From Piromyces finnis finn (taxonomy: Eukaryota > Fungi > Neocallimastigomycota), in assembly GCA_002104945.1 (NCBI GenBank), contig MCFH01000093.1:55147-119146 (forward strand): DNA of 64,000 nt. The letters are read 5' to 3'. The position numbers and the translations under genes are program-made. Position 1 is the first letter of the stretch. Each line of letters starts with the position of its first letter. Below, piece after piece: positions 11,394 to 26,546 of the stretch. The notes under the pieces were generated by a model. The model searched no databases. It saw only the letters and a program-made list of their open reading frames with translations, and was not told the DNA's origin.

Positions 11394-12162
11394 GATAATA
11401 AATTCTAATTAAAAATATTGAATATAAAATAAATACTAATAAAAATTATAAATATAACGTATATGGAAAAAAATCTGTCTCTCTCTCTCTTCTTAAAAGT
11501 ACTGGATAGAACAAAAATTGTTACGATGCTTTGTTTAAAGTTTCTTTTTTTTGAATTCTAGTTGTAAATTTTCTTTAAAAATTCTAGTTTTGGTTTGTTG
11601 TTAGTAAATTCGATTCGCTTTTTGACACTAAAATTGTTTGACTTACTTTTCATTAAATATTTAAATTGGTAAAAAATTTGAATCAAGAATGTCGACACCA
11701 GAAAGCTTGTGAATAGTATTTTTACATGATGTAGAGTGAATCAGTCTCTTACAAGAAACAATACAACAATAGCTACATGAATATAAAAATACAATGCAAA
11801 TGCTAAAGTTGACTACATTGGATTCTTACAAGAGAAGAGTAGTACTACATGAATACATGAATAAAAGAAAAAATACAGCAACAAAATGTATTACTCTTCT
11901 AATTAAATACTATACAAACTTACCTGAGTATCAAACATTCAACTTATTCATCAAATACTTAAATTCGATGAATAAAATGTTTTTTAATCGCTCAGTACCA
12001 TGAGCTTAGTCCTAATAATTTTCCCTTGAAGACTAACCAAGCATCCATTGCGCAATGCTTGGATTTAATTCTTTCTACTCTCTCAGTACCATGAGCATGA
12101 GTAGACCCCTTGAGAAATTACATTTATTAAATAAATGAAGGCACGTTCCTAAGAGGGCACCA

Positions 12163-12175
12163 AGCATCCATTGCG

Positions 12176-12176
<1 letters not shown>
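12163..12176. repeat. TSD of copy B (agcatccattgcgc), partner at 17872-17885
   Basis: Identical 14-mer. The repeat unit is interrupted at 17870 (gaggg-at-agcatcc instead of gagggcaccaagcatcc), which marks the junction. Confidence 0.88.
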
Positions 12177-12212
<36 letters not shown>

Positions 12213-12445
12213 GGCATCAAATATTTTAAACTTTATTATTAATTTAATTAAAATTATAATACATGTAATAAAAAATTAAAATAAATAAAAATAAAAAAAA
12301 TATGTTTAAATAAACACAAATGAATAAAAATTGGGTATAATGTATTCTAGTAATTTTAATTAAAGTAAGAAAGCCACTATCATACTAAAGTATAATAATT
12401 GTATTTGACTTCCAATGGGACACCGAGCCAAAGATCAAAATTTTG

Positions 12446-15400
12446 TCATGGAACAAAATTATGATCTCCATTGGTTGCGCTGGCCCTCCTGGCCTGTCTT
12501 ACTGTTTCTTCAGCATTGACGCTCTTGGATGTTGCTTCAAACCTTTTGAACATTGACCATTGCTGGCCAATAGCAAAAGGCATGATTTTGGTTAGAAGTT
12601 CCGCGGTTACCGTCAAGAATGGTGCTCCTTCATTAGTACCAGATTGAATCTGACGCTTACAAAGTTCTTTCCATTCCCTTGAATTGTAATTAATATTGTT
12701 AAAACTTCTTCCCCCAAGAAGGAATTTAAATATTTTACTGCACACACTAGAATAATCATACACATTAATATTCACCGGATTATTAGAACTATTACTATCA
12801 TTAACTAAATTACTATCTAAATTAGAATTATTATCTTCACTATTGCTATCATTATAATATTATTATTTCTATTACTATTGTTATTATTACTATTTTACTA
12901 TTACTATTGTTATATTACTATTGTTATTATATATTGTTACTATTACTATTAATGTTATTACTATCTCTACTGATATTATCAATTTCATTATTATTGATAG
13001 GACTATTGGAATTACGTTGACTGAAAAAATTTAATAGCTGGACTATGGAATCATAATGTTTAATACGGATATCTCTAAATGTTGGACAATCTAATAACCA
13101 ATGTTTAATACTTTGATCTCCACACTTGCAACATGGACAGTAGTTAGGACAAACTGGATCAACAAATTTGGCAGCTTTGGCAACTCTAGCATCCAACTTG
13201 TATCCGCTTCTTGCTTTCAATAGCCAGTAGAAGCCATAGGCAAACTCTGGGTACTCATAACATAATTTAATAAAATCTTTAGTTTCAATAAATTTATTAT
13301 CATCATAATATTGCGCTTTGATTGAATTCCCTTTGAGATCTTTCCAATAAAAGTTTTTAACTGCTTTAACATCTCCATGTTTCTTTAATTTTTTATCAAG
13401 TGTCCTACTTGATTTGCACCACGTGTATTTTCTAAATTTAGGAATGTAATTGACAAGGTGTGAGATAATACAATTTGAGTTTTTCCATTTGTTAAAACAT
13501 CTAACCTGAGCTAACGCACATTTGGCTGACAATGGAGGAATATTCAAATCTTTTGAAATAGAGTATAAAGATATAAACGATACAGCTTTATGAACTCCGG
13601 CAACCCATCGTATTCCTTTGTTAACATGCTTCTGAGCAATCCTAGACCTAGCTTTGTTGGATCCAAGTAATGGTGCAAAGTATGAAACTCTGCTAATCAC
13701 TTGTGAGTTAAGTACTAGTTTTTTGAAAGGAATAGGAATATTAGGATTTCTTAAGAATTTACTGACTGAGAAAAGCCCTTTCAAAACCTTGTTATTAAGA
13801 GCTTTAATTACTGGTTTAAGGGACAGATTCTTATCAAATGGAACACCAAGATAAGTATAGCAATCAGTAGTTGGAATGGGTTGTCCTGCTAAGTAAAATG
13901 TTGGATCTCTCTTGTTCTGATTTTCTATTGATTCAGGACGAATCACCATCGTTGAACATTTCTGGATACCAAATTCCATTTCATTATACAATGCCCATTC
14001 ATTAACTCTTCTAAGCATCTTTTTTAAGCATCCTCTTGTTGGAGCACAAATAACTATATCATCTGCAAAAAGTCCACCACAGCATCGAGTGTCACCTAAA
14101 CTGACTCCTAGATCTTCGCACTCTCTAAATATATCATTAATAAAGAGATTAAAGAGAATAGGAGAAAGAGGGCAACCTTGACGGACTCCTTTCTTCACAT
14201 CAAAAGATTTCGAGAATTGTCCATCTAATTTGACATTAGCCTTAGATGTTAAATATAAATTTTTGATAAATTGTAGACTCTTACCTCGGATTCCTAAACA
14301 ATCTAATTTATGGAGAATATTACCGATTGGGACTGAATCGTATGCTTTCCTGAGATCTAAAAAGGCCAAATATGTCTCTTTATTATCTAATTGACGTCTA
14401 CGGCATATTTCTTGGATTGAAATGAAAAGACTGATACTTTCTTCCTTTTTTCGAAAACCAAATTGTTCAGGTCTAATGAAATTATTCTTTAAACCATATT
14501 CTGAGATTCTAGTGGTGACAATTTTGGAAATCAACTTAATACCATTATTGATAAGTGATATACCTCGATAGTTATCACAATCTGTCAAATCTCCCTTCTT
14601 AGGAATAGAAACAATACTGGATTCATTCCATGAGTTGGGGAAATCTCCATCCCAAATACGGTTGAATAATTTAAGAATAAAATTTAAACCATGAGCATCA
14701 TTATCTGAGTAGTATTACCAGAAGAATTATTATCTGTAGCATTATTAGAATCATTACTTGATGGAATTAATGCTTTGTAAAATTCAATTGGAATACCATC
14801 CGGACCTGATGCTTTATAATTTGGAGTAGTGAGGATAGCTGACTTGACTTCATCAATACTAATATCTTGGTTGATATCCCACTCATCAAGCATAGGAAGT
14901 GAAAAACGTTTATTCGTTGGTTCTTCATACCAATGCTCCAAATCAAGACTTACACCACTTGGATCTGATGCAAGGTTTTCGAAATGATCATGCCACACAT
15001 CTAGTTGTTCTTCCGTAGCAACAACTAATTCTCCATTTTTATTTTTAATTGGTTGAGCAATAAAGAAAGAATCTTTTCCAATTTTTGCAGTTTTCTTGAT
15101 CCATTTCCAGGCCTTCTTAGGATTATGACTCTTCATATACTCACATCCTGTTTTAATCCAATGAAGATATTCTTGCTTCCTAAATTCATTACATCTTTTG
15201 TGGATGTAATCAATGAGTTTACGGTAGAATTTAATTCTTTTAATAAATTCATCTATATCATAAATTCTTTCTTTTTTAAATCTCTTATACAACTTCATTT
15301 TGATTTTTTGAAGATTAAAAATTTGTTGTGAAATATGAAATGAAGACTTTATAACATTATTTGCTGAAGTAATACTGAGCTCGTCTGCAATTGAAAAAGC

Positions 15401-16972
15401 AGTTGAAGTAAACTCTTTGGAAAGTTCATCTGTAGAAACATTAGGATCGTTGAATTTTGCTGAAAGTATTTGGAATTTATTATGACTGAGAATAGATTCC
15501 TTTTCCTCAATACATTTTAATCTATTCCATTTCAGAATTTTCTTAGGAACATTAAAGTCATTAGAAAAATCTTCCATAGGAATAATTTTACCATTAATAA
15601 GAAGTGGCTTATGGTCTGATACAGGATAAAAATTATTTATAAATGATCCTGAGTGAATAAGATCTTTCATCTTCGAATTGATAAGAGCATGGTCAATGTC
15701 GGAAGATTGATCACCTCGAGTCCAAGAGATAGTCGACCCTCTAAGCGGAAGAATTTCCCAATCTCCTAATCCATTAGTTGATAACCAGTTGGATAATTTT
15801 ACTTTAGACATATTAAAATCACCAACAAGAATCGATGGATGGGATGAATGAGTTTGTAACCACAAGCGAACTTCTAACTTTGCATGATCAACATAGATGT
15901 TGTGATGACTATGAGGCATATAAACATTTCCAATCGAGCATTTGAATCTATTCCAGAGACTAAAAGTATAAATAGAAATAATATACTTTCCAGAGAAGTT
16001 TTCAAGTGAGGCTTGACACGAATTGTGAAAACCTAAATATAAACCTCTCATTCCCGGAACTGATTCGTCAGCTTTCTTGAAAAAGTGTCTATAGTTTCGC
16101 AAAGTAACACGACAAGGATAATCTGTATTCGATCCAGAACCATTACCAGTTTCTTGGAAACATAAGAATAATGGTTTGAAAATAGCTGTGAAATAGCTAA
16201 TACTATCTCTCTTTTCGTGATTCCACCCATTGGTGTTCCAACTAAGACAAAAAGAAAAGTTATCAGGCTTGTTGGATGAGGATGAGGAAGAATCGTTGCT
16301 ATTATTACTATTATTAAAGTCATCATTATTAATGGATGATGCATCAGAGGAATAAGTAGAACTATTACTAGATGGCTGTGAAGCTGAAGAACTATCAACT
16401 ATTGAACTGTTATCAGAGTTGATAGAACTATTAGAATTAATTGTTGAATGTTGAGATTGAAATTGTGTTTGCTGTAGATCTGGAATATTTTCATGATGGG
16501 AAACTTGTTGAAGATCTTGTTGAAGATCTTGTTGAAGATCGGATTGTTGATGAGATTGTTGAACTGATTGTTGAAATGATTGTTGAATAGAATGTTGATG
16601 TTTATTAGAAACTAAAATTTTACGTTTGAGAGTGGAAAAAGTGTATTTGTGATTCCTTCTACTACGAGCTGAAAAGGAAATTGAGGTAACTGAAAGTTTC
16701 TTCTTTAACATGTGTAAGATTTTAATACAATCTTTTGATGAACCATGAACCTTGACTAAGAAAAAGTGATCATTGAAAGTCTGAAAATATTTAACACTAA
16801 TAACTGAATTAAATTTATCTTCTAGAATAACCTCGAGTTTTTCCCATAGCATATTTACTGACCATGATCGAATACCACGGATAAAGAAGGAGCGAATATC
16901 ATCTAAGGGGATACCATAAGACCGGGTACCACGTCTGATATAATTCTTGTCTTTAATATAAAGGACTGACAT
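12446..16972 (-). pseudogene. Frameshifted polyprotein ORF of copy B
   Basis: 1-bp deletion at about 14708 (tctgagt versus tctgaagt in A and D) and disruption in the Asn microsatellite at about 12910-12930. These split one ORF into the three listed pieces. Consensus errors cannot be excluded. Confidence 0.85.
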
Positions 16973-17622
16973 GATAATAAATTCTAATTAAAAATATTGA
17001 ATATAAAATAAATACTAATAAAAATTATAAATATAACGTATATGGAAAAAATCTGTCTCTCTCTCTCTTCTTAAAAGTACTGGATAGTACAAAAATTGTT
17101 ACGATACTTTGTTTAAAGTTTAAAGTTTCTTTTTTTTTGAATTCTAGTTGTTAACTTTTTTTAAAAATTCTAGTTTTGGTTTGTTGTTAGTAAATTCGAT
17201 TCGCTTTTTGACACTAAACTTGTTTGACTTTACTTTTCATTAAATATTTAAATTGGTAAAAAATTTGAATCAAGAATGTCGACACCAGAAAGCTTGTGAA
17301 TAGTATTTTTACATGATGTAGAGTGAATCAGTCTCTTACAAGAAACAATACAACAATAGCTACATGAATATAAAAGTACAATGCAAATGCTAAAGTTGAC
17401 TACATTGGATTCTTACAAGAGAAGAGTAGTACTACAAGAATACATGAATAAAAGAAAAAATACAGCAACAAAATGTATTACTCTTCTAATTAAATACTAT
17501 ACAAACTTACCTGAATATCAAACATTCAACTTATTCATCAAATACTTAAATTCGATGAATAAAATGTTTTTTAATCGCTCAGTACCATGAGCTTAGTCCT
17601 AATAATTTTCCCTTAAAGACTA

Positions 17623-17869
17623 ACCAAGCATCCATTGCGCAATGCTTGGATTTAATTCTTTCTACTCTCTCAGTACCATGAGCATGAGTAGACCCCCTTG
17701 AGAAACTACATTTATTAAATAAATGAAGGCACATTCCTAAGAGGGCACCAAGCATCCATTGCGCAATACTTGGATTTAATTCTTTCTACTCTCTCAGTAC
17801 CATGAGCATGAGTAGACCCCCTTGAGAAACTACATTTATTAAATAAATGAAGGCACGTTCCCAAGAGGG
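17623..17869 (-). repeat. Two tandem 124-bp structured units forming the LINE 5' end (copy B); equivalent in A at about 12035-12176 plus 17872-17990; partial in D at about 4185-4237
   Basis: Direct repeats 17623-17745 and 17746-17869. Each has several inverted repeats and the palindrome ATTGCGCAAT. Confidence 0.92.
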
Positions 17870-17871
17870 AT

Positions 17872-17991
17872 AGCATCCATTGCGCAATACTTGGATTTAA
17901 TTCTTTCTACTCTCTCAGTACCATGAGCATGAGTAGACCCCCTTGAGAAACTACATTTATTAAATAAATGAAGGCACGTTCCCAAGAGGGA
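17872..17991 (-). mobile_element. Displaced extreme 5' end of copy A
   Basis: 12158-12162, the 14-bp TSD and 17886-17990 rebuild an exact 124-bp unit. It ends in ...cccaagaggg, the same terminus as B. Confidence 0.88.
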
Positions 17992-18134
17992 AGAGTTAAG
18001 TACTAGTTTTTTGAAAGGAATAGGAATATTAGGATTTCTTAAGAATTTACTGACTGAGAAAAGTCCTTTCAAAACCTTGTTATTAAGAACTTTAATTACT
18101 GGTTTAAGGGACAAATTCTTATCAAATGTCCCTT
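17992..18134 (-). mobile_element. LINE copy C, 5' segment
   Basis: Encodes LKPVIKVLNNKVLKGLFSVSKFLRNPNIPIPFKKLVLNS, which joins seamlessly to VLNSQVISR at 6591. Bounded by the TSD copies at 17992-18003 and 18135-18146. Confidence 0.9.
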
Positions 18135-18652
18135 AATAAACCAAGATAACATCAAAATTAAATTTTATAATGTGTTTCTCTCTCGCCAAACAATGCAAAT
18201 TCTTAATACTATTTAAAACCTTCTTCCTATTTCTTTCCTTTAAAAATTCCTAAATCTAAAACTTCATCTCAAAACTATATAAAATTTTCAACCTTTTATA
18301 TTTATATTATTACACTCTATTTTATTTTTTTCTTTATTTAATAAATTAAGGATAAAAAAAAATAAAAACTTTATTAATATTATTGTTTATTATTAAAATT
18401 ATATTTATTTCCTTTGTTAATAAATTAATTTCATTGTTAATAAATTAATTTCATTATTTTCTATTCTTTTTTTTTATTATTTTTGTTTATTGTTTGTATG
18501 ATTATGTTATAATTTATTAAATTGATTTTATTTTTATTTTAAATTATTTTAATATACTTTATATAAATGCCAAAACACATTGTTATAAAGCTATTATTGC
18601 ATTAATTGGATTTATATTTTTATTTTCTTAATTTAATATAAATATAGTTCAA

Positions 18653-19364
18653 TTAACATAATTTGTCATCGTTTTGAGCCTTGGTATTTAAGATAAGGGC
18701 AACAATTAAACCGTAAAGACCTAAAACTTCAGCGAAAATAAGAATAAGAATCATACCGACGTATAACTTTGGTTGTTGAGCAGTACCACGAACACCAGCA
18801 TCACCAACAATACCGATAGCAACACCAGCAGCGAGACCAGCGAGACCGACAGAAAGACCACAAGCTAAGTGAATGAAAGCGTCAGATAATAACATTCTAG
18901 CCTTAATACCACCGGAACAGATAACAGAAACAATTAAACCGTAAATACCAATAATACCAGCCATAATAACTGGAATAATACACTTCATGATTAAATCTGG
19001 CTTCATAACACCCATGACGGAGATACCGACACCAGACTTAGCAGTACCATAAGCAGCACCAAAACCTTTTTATTTTCAAATTATAATTATTTTATTAGTA
19101 TATCTTACCATATTTTTTATTTTATTCTAAATCATTTTAACTATTTCCAATTTTTTATACTATTTTAAATATTTACAGGCAAAGACAGTAGCTGCGGCAC
19201 ATCCCATAGTACTGAAGAATGGAGCGTAAGCTGGGCCTATATATTTATTTATATTTATTTTATTTTATATACATTAATTATTACACTTCAACATTTTTCT
19301 TTATTTATTTTATTTAATCTATTTTATACTAACAGGCGTCAGAGAAAGTTAAAGCTTGAGACAT
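18653..19364 (-). CDS. VMA3: V-type ATPase 16-kDa proteolipid subunit c; exons 19334-19364, 19177-19236, 18653-19065
   Basis: Spliced translation [63 protein letters not shown]...[20 protein letters not shown]. Canonical GT-AG introns and the conserved Glu. Confidence 0.97.
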
Positions 19365-21323
19365 TTTTAATATTTTATTTTTCTATTAAATATATGTTTT
19401 ATTTTTTTCGAATTATGTAAATTGATTGATTGAAATTGATTTAAATAAATTATTTTTTTTAAATTATTTTAATTTTTTTTTATTTTTTTTTTTTTGAGAA
19501 TTTTCGTTTATTTATATATTTGTATATATTCAAATTATATTAAAATAAAAAAAATATTTATTAGTTTTACTCCAATATTTTTTTTTTTTAAACTTTTCCA
19601 AATATTTAAAAAATTATTTATTTTAAAAATAGGCAATTACTTTTTAGTGTTTTGGTTTTCTTTTCTTAAAATTTTTTTAATTTTTTTGTTTATTATTATT
19701 TTTTTTTTTCAAGAAAATGTTTTTAAACTTAGTCTTAAGAAAAAAATATTTTTTATATTAGGATTTGAAATTCTTAATAATATATTCAAAATCAATTACT
19801 CTAATATATTAAGATCATTATCGTGATGTCATTCAGCCAAAATTTATAAACCAATCATGAATGTAACTGTAGTATTTTTATTGGATTTCCATCAAATCAA
19901 AGTATTAAATAATTTTGGGCTGAAATAATATATATAATAAATAAATCCTTTTTTTTCATACAAAAATCAAATTTATTTTTTTTATCCATAATTTAATTAT
20001 TTAAAAATAGATAAATTTAATTTGATAATAATATAAATTTTTATAACTAATATACTTTGTGTAATATTAAATTCTGACTAAATAACCAAAATTAAAAAAA
20101 AATTAATAATATATAGACTCTTAAAATTATTCTAATCTATCGTTAATTATCATTGTTTAACTTATAAATACATTTTGATAATTACATTATGTAGTTAAAT
20201 GTATTTAAAAATGGATATAATTATTGGTTGAGGTTTTGAATATAATATGATGGTTGGATAAAAAATAGTATCAAAAAATACTATTAATAATTATAATATT
20301 ATCTATTATATATTGTGTTTAAAAAAAGATAAATAAAAAATTAATCGATAATTAATTCAAAATTTGGAATATGTATATTAAATAAATATGATAAGATAAT
20401 AAATAATTACCTAATTATTTTTATATTTATAATTATTATAAATAATATAAAGAAAAAAAAATATATAGTAAACATTTTAAAAATTTATATATATTTTTTA
20501 ATTTTACAATGGTTTTATTATTAAAAAAAAAAAAGTGTGACATATTAAAAAGTATTCATGTTAAAAGTATGTACATAGTCACCAAATATTTCATCGAATT
20601 TTTATAGATTAATATTTATTTCTGGGAAAAAAGTTAACAACAACAACACTTCAATATCTTCAATATACTCTTTCTAAAAATGAAAAGTTTAAAATATTTT
20701 AAATTTTATTCATTATTAAATTTTAATAAATAATAAAATGAAATTGATAAATTATGATTTGATGACGATTTCTAGATAGATAAATTTAACTATTTAATAT
20801 TTTTTAATTTTGATTGAATGGTTGAAGTAGGAATAAAGGAAGAGCGAGTTAAACGTTTGTGGTTAAGGTTGAAGGCTTATTATATATAATGAAAATAAAA
20901 AAATATTTTTATAATTAATGCAATATGCCAATAAACTTTAAATTATAGAAAACCAAAAGAATACAATTATTTTTAACTTTGATTTTATTTTTTTAAAATT
21001 ATAGTAAATGCGTTTTATTTTTTTATAATAAACTAACAATATCATGATAAGCATTAATATGTCACTTTTTAATTTACATTCCTCTTGAATAGTGTACTTT
21101 TTTAAAATTTTATTTATTATTCAAAGTATTATTATTTTCATTTAATACATTACCTTTTATGTTAAAAAAAGGTAATATTCATAATTAATAAATAAAATTG
21201 TTTTTAGCATTAATGCATATATTAATGTGCTTATTATGTACTAAAAATTTTTATATATTAAATTTTATTATTTATTATTTAATAAAATTATTATGGACTA
21301 TTAAAATTTTTTTAACTTATATA

Positions 21324-21767
21324 CTACTAATACTACCTACTAATACTAATACTAATACTAATACTAATACTAATATAATACTAATACTAATACTAATACT
21401 AATACTAATACTAATACTAATACTAATACTAATACTAATACTAATACTAATACTAATACTAATACTAATACTAATACTAATACTAATACTAATACTAATA
21501 CTAATACTAATACTAATACTAATACTAATACTAATACTAATACTAATACTAATACTAATACTAATACTAATACTAATACTAATACTAATACTAATACTAA
21601 TACTAATACTAATACTAATACTAATACTAATACTAATACTAATACTAATACTAATACTAATACTAATACTAATACTAATACTAATACTAATACTAATACT
21701 AATACTAATACTAATACTAATACTAATACTAATACTAATACTAATACTAATACTCTAATACTAATAT
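21324..21767. repeat. (ACTAAT)n hexanucleotide microsatellite, about 70 units
   Basis: Direct reading. Near perfect, with interruptions near 21376 and 21753. Confidence 0.97.
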
Positions 21768-23503
21768 TATTGAAGTATTTTTTTTTTTAAAGAAAATCTG
21801 GGCATTTTTATTCATATATATTTACAATTCCTTTTTTTGCAACTTAAGAAGGTTAATTTGAATTAAAGACAAATAAAAACTAATACAATAAACTTAATGT
21901 ATACATTTCACATACATTCATTGTTTTATAATAAAATTTTTTTTGGCGCATCTTCATAAATATTTAATTAAAGTTTAAATTGGAAAGTATTTTGTGAGAG
22001 ATTAGAATGAATATTATTGGCTCTGTATGACTTGTGTAATTAGAAATTTTTAATTTAATAATAATGTATTATATTAAATATAAAAACAATATATTAATAC
22101 AATACATTTTATATATTTTTTAAACAACTTTAATTATTTTTTATTAATTTTTAAAATTTGATAAAATTAAACTACATTTACATTTTATTTACATTTTTAA
22201 ATGCTTAATAAATAATGTATCATATTGTAGTTGTTGGGAATTAATTAATAATAGAAAAAAGAAAGAATAATTTTTAATATTATTAATTATATTTTATATT
22301 AATTTATACTAATTTATTATATATTTTGTGTAATGGCTATTTAACAATATTCATCATTACAATAACCCTTTATTTTGTAAAGAAAAAAAGAGCAAATATA
22401 GATAAAGTATTAATAAAAAATAAAAAATTATTAATTATTATATATTTAATGAGTAATAATTAGAATCATATAAAATAAATAGTTTGTGAATTTTTTTTAA
22501 AAAATGAATAAAGCTCTTTATTAATTATAATTTTTTAATTAAAATTAATTAGGCTTTTAAATGAATTAAATATTTCATATTATATCATATGAAATATTGG
22601 TAGGAATCTATTAATAAATGTTAAATTAGTGTATATTTCTAATTTATTTTTTATGAATAATTAAAAATAAAACAGTAGAATAATGGCAAATTAATAAGAT
22701 AATAGCAATTTTTAATTATGTAATACTGAAACCAATATTAATTCCGATTATTACCAATGATAAATATATTAATTTTTATTTTTATGCTGTTCATCTTATA
22801 TAGTTGAATATAGGTAACGCAAAAAAGTTTTCTCATTCTTTAATTATTCACATCTTAATGAATTTATCATATAATTTTCTTTTATAATTTCTCATAGTGT
22901 TAATTAGGGAAGTGAGAGAAACTACTTTTAAATATAGAAAATAGTAAAATAGAAATGATAGAATGACATTATTAAGCTATGATCTAGACAGGTTTATATT
23001 TTTATATATAAAATTATCTTTTAAGCAGAGTCATCAAAGATAAAATTCTCTTCCTCCTTCTAAAACCCAGAAAATAAAAATATTAGAAATAGGAATAGAT
23101 TTAATCATGTGCCACAAATTCTATGAAACTTATTAATTATTTATTATAATATTTTGTTTAATATAATTTTTAATATTTTCTAAAAGTATTAAATAATCTT
23201 ATTTTATATAATTAAAAATTGTCAAAATTAAATAAATTATAATAATTTTTTTTTTTTTTTTCTCTTTAAACCAAAAAAAAAAAAAAAAAAAAATTAAAGA
23301 AAAAAATAATTTATATATTTATATATTCTAGTATATATAATTATATAAGTAATTTAATTATTATTTTTTTTATTTTTATTTATTATCTATTTTTTTTTTA
23401 AAAAACACTTGTTTTTTTTGATTTATTTTAATTTTTTGTTTTTAACAAAAAATATAAATAATTGAAAAATAAATAAAAGAAAAAGTAAAATCTAAAAGGA
23501 AAA

Positions 23504-26546
<3,043 letters not shown>

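Larger units (their letters stand above)
6592..12176 (-). mobile_element. Full-length LINE copy A, main body (its extreme 5' end is displaced to 17872-17991 by copy B)
   Basis: T-run 6592-6628, 3' UTR, intact ORF, and 5' UTR with the 124-bp repeats. Flanked by TSD agagttaagtac at 6580-6591 and 17992-18003. Confidence 0.95.
12177..17871 (-). mobile_element. Full-length LINE copy B, inserted in 5' repeat unit 1 of copy A
   Basis: T-run 12177-12209. 5' end at 17869 plus untemplated AT at 17870-17871. 14-bp TSD agcatccattgcgc at 12163-12176 and 17872-17885. Confidence 0.95.

Noticed and set aside
17623-17990. 124-bp repeat as a CRISPR array, 5S rRNA, tRNA or snRNA (U1/U2/U4/U6) target gene
   Set aside because: No spacers. 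Only 6-10-nt resemblances (ccattgc, tgcgcaa, tacttggat) without the rest of those RNAs. TSD analysis shows the units belong to the element.
17839-18114. 91-aa ORF
   Set aside because: Chimera of the copy C RT fragment read into the 5' repeat of copy A.
5041-18146. A shared sequence-specific target site for the LINE
   Set aside because: The three resolved nick sites share at most a pyrimidine|A step; no consensus.
19494-19826. F/I/K/L-rich ORFs in intergenic DNA (also 34406, 47460, 47614, 48294, 61517)
   Set aside because: Compositional artifacts of very AT-rich DNA with no motifs or splice support.
21198-21758. 186-aa poly-IL ORF (also poly-Y 29677-29871 and IYLF-repeat 36412-36762)
   Set aside because: Translations of microsatellites.
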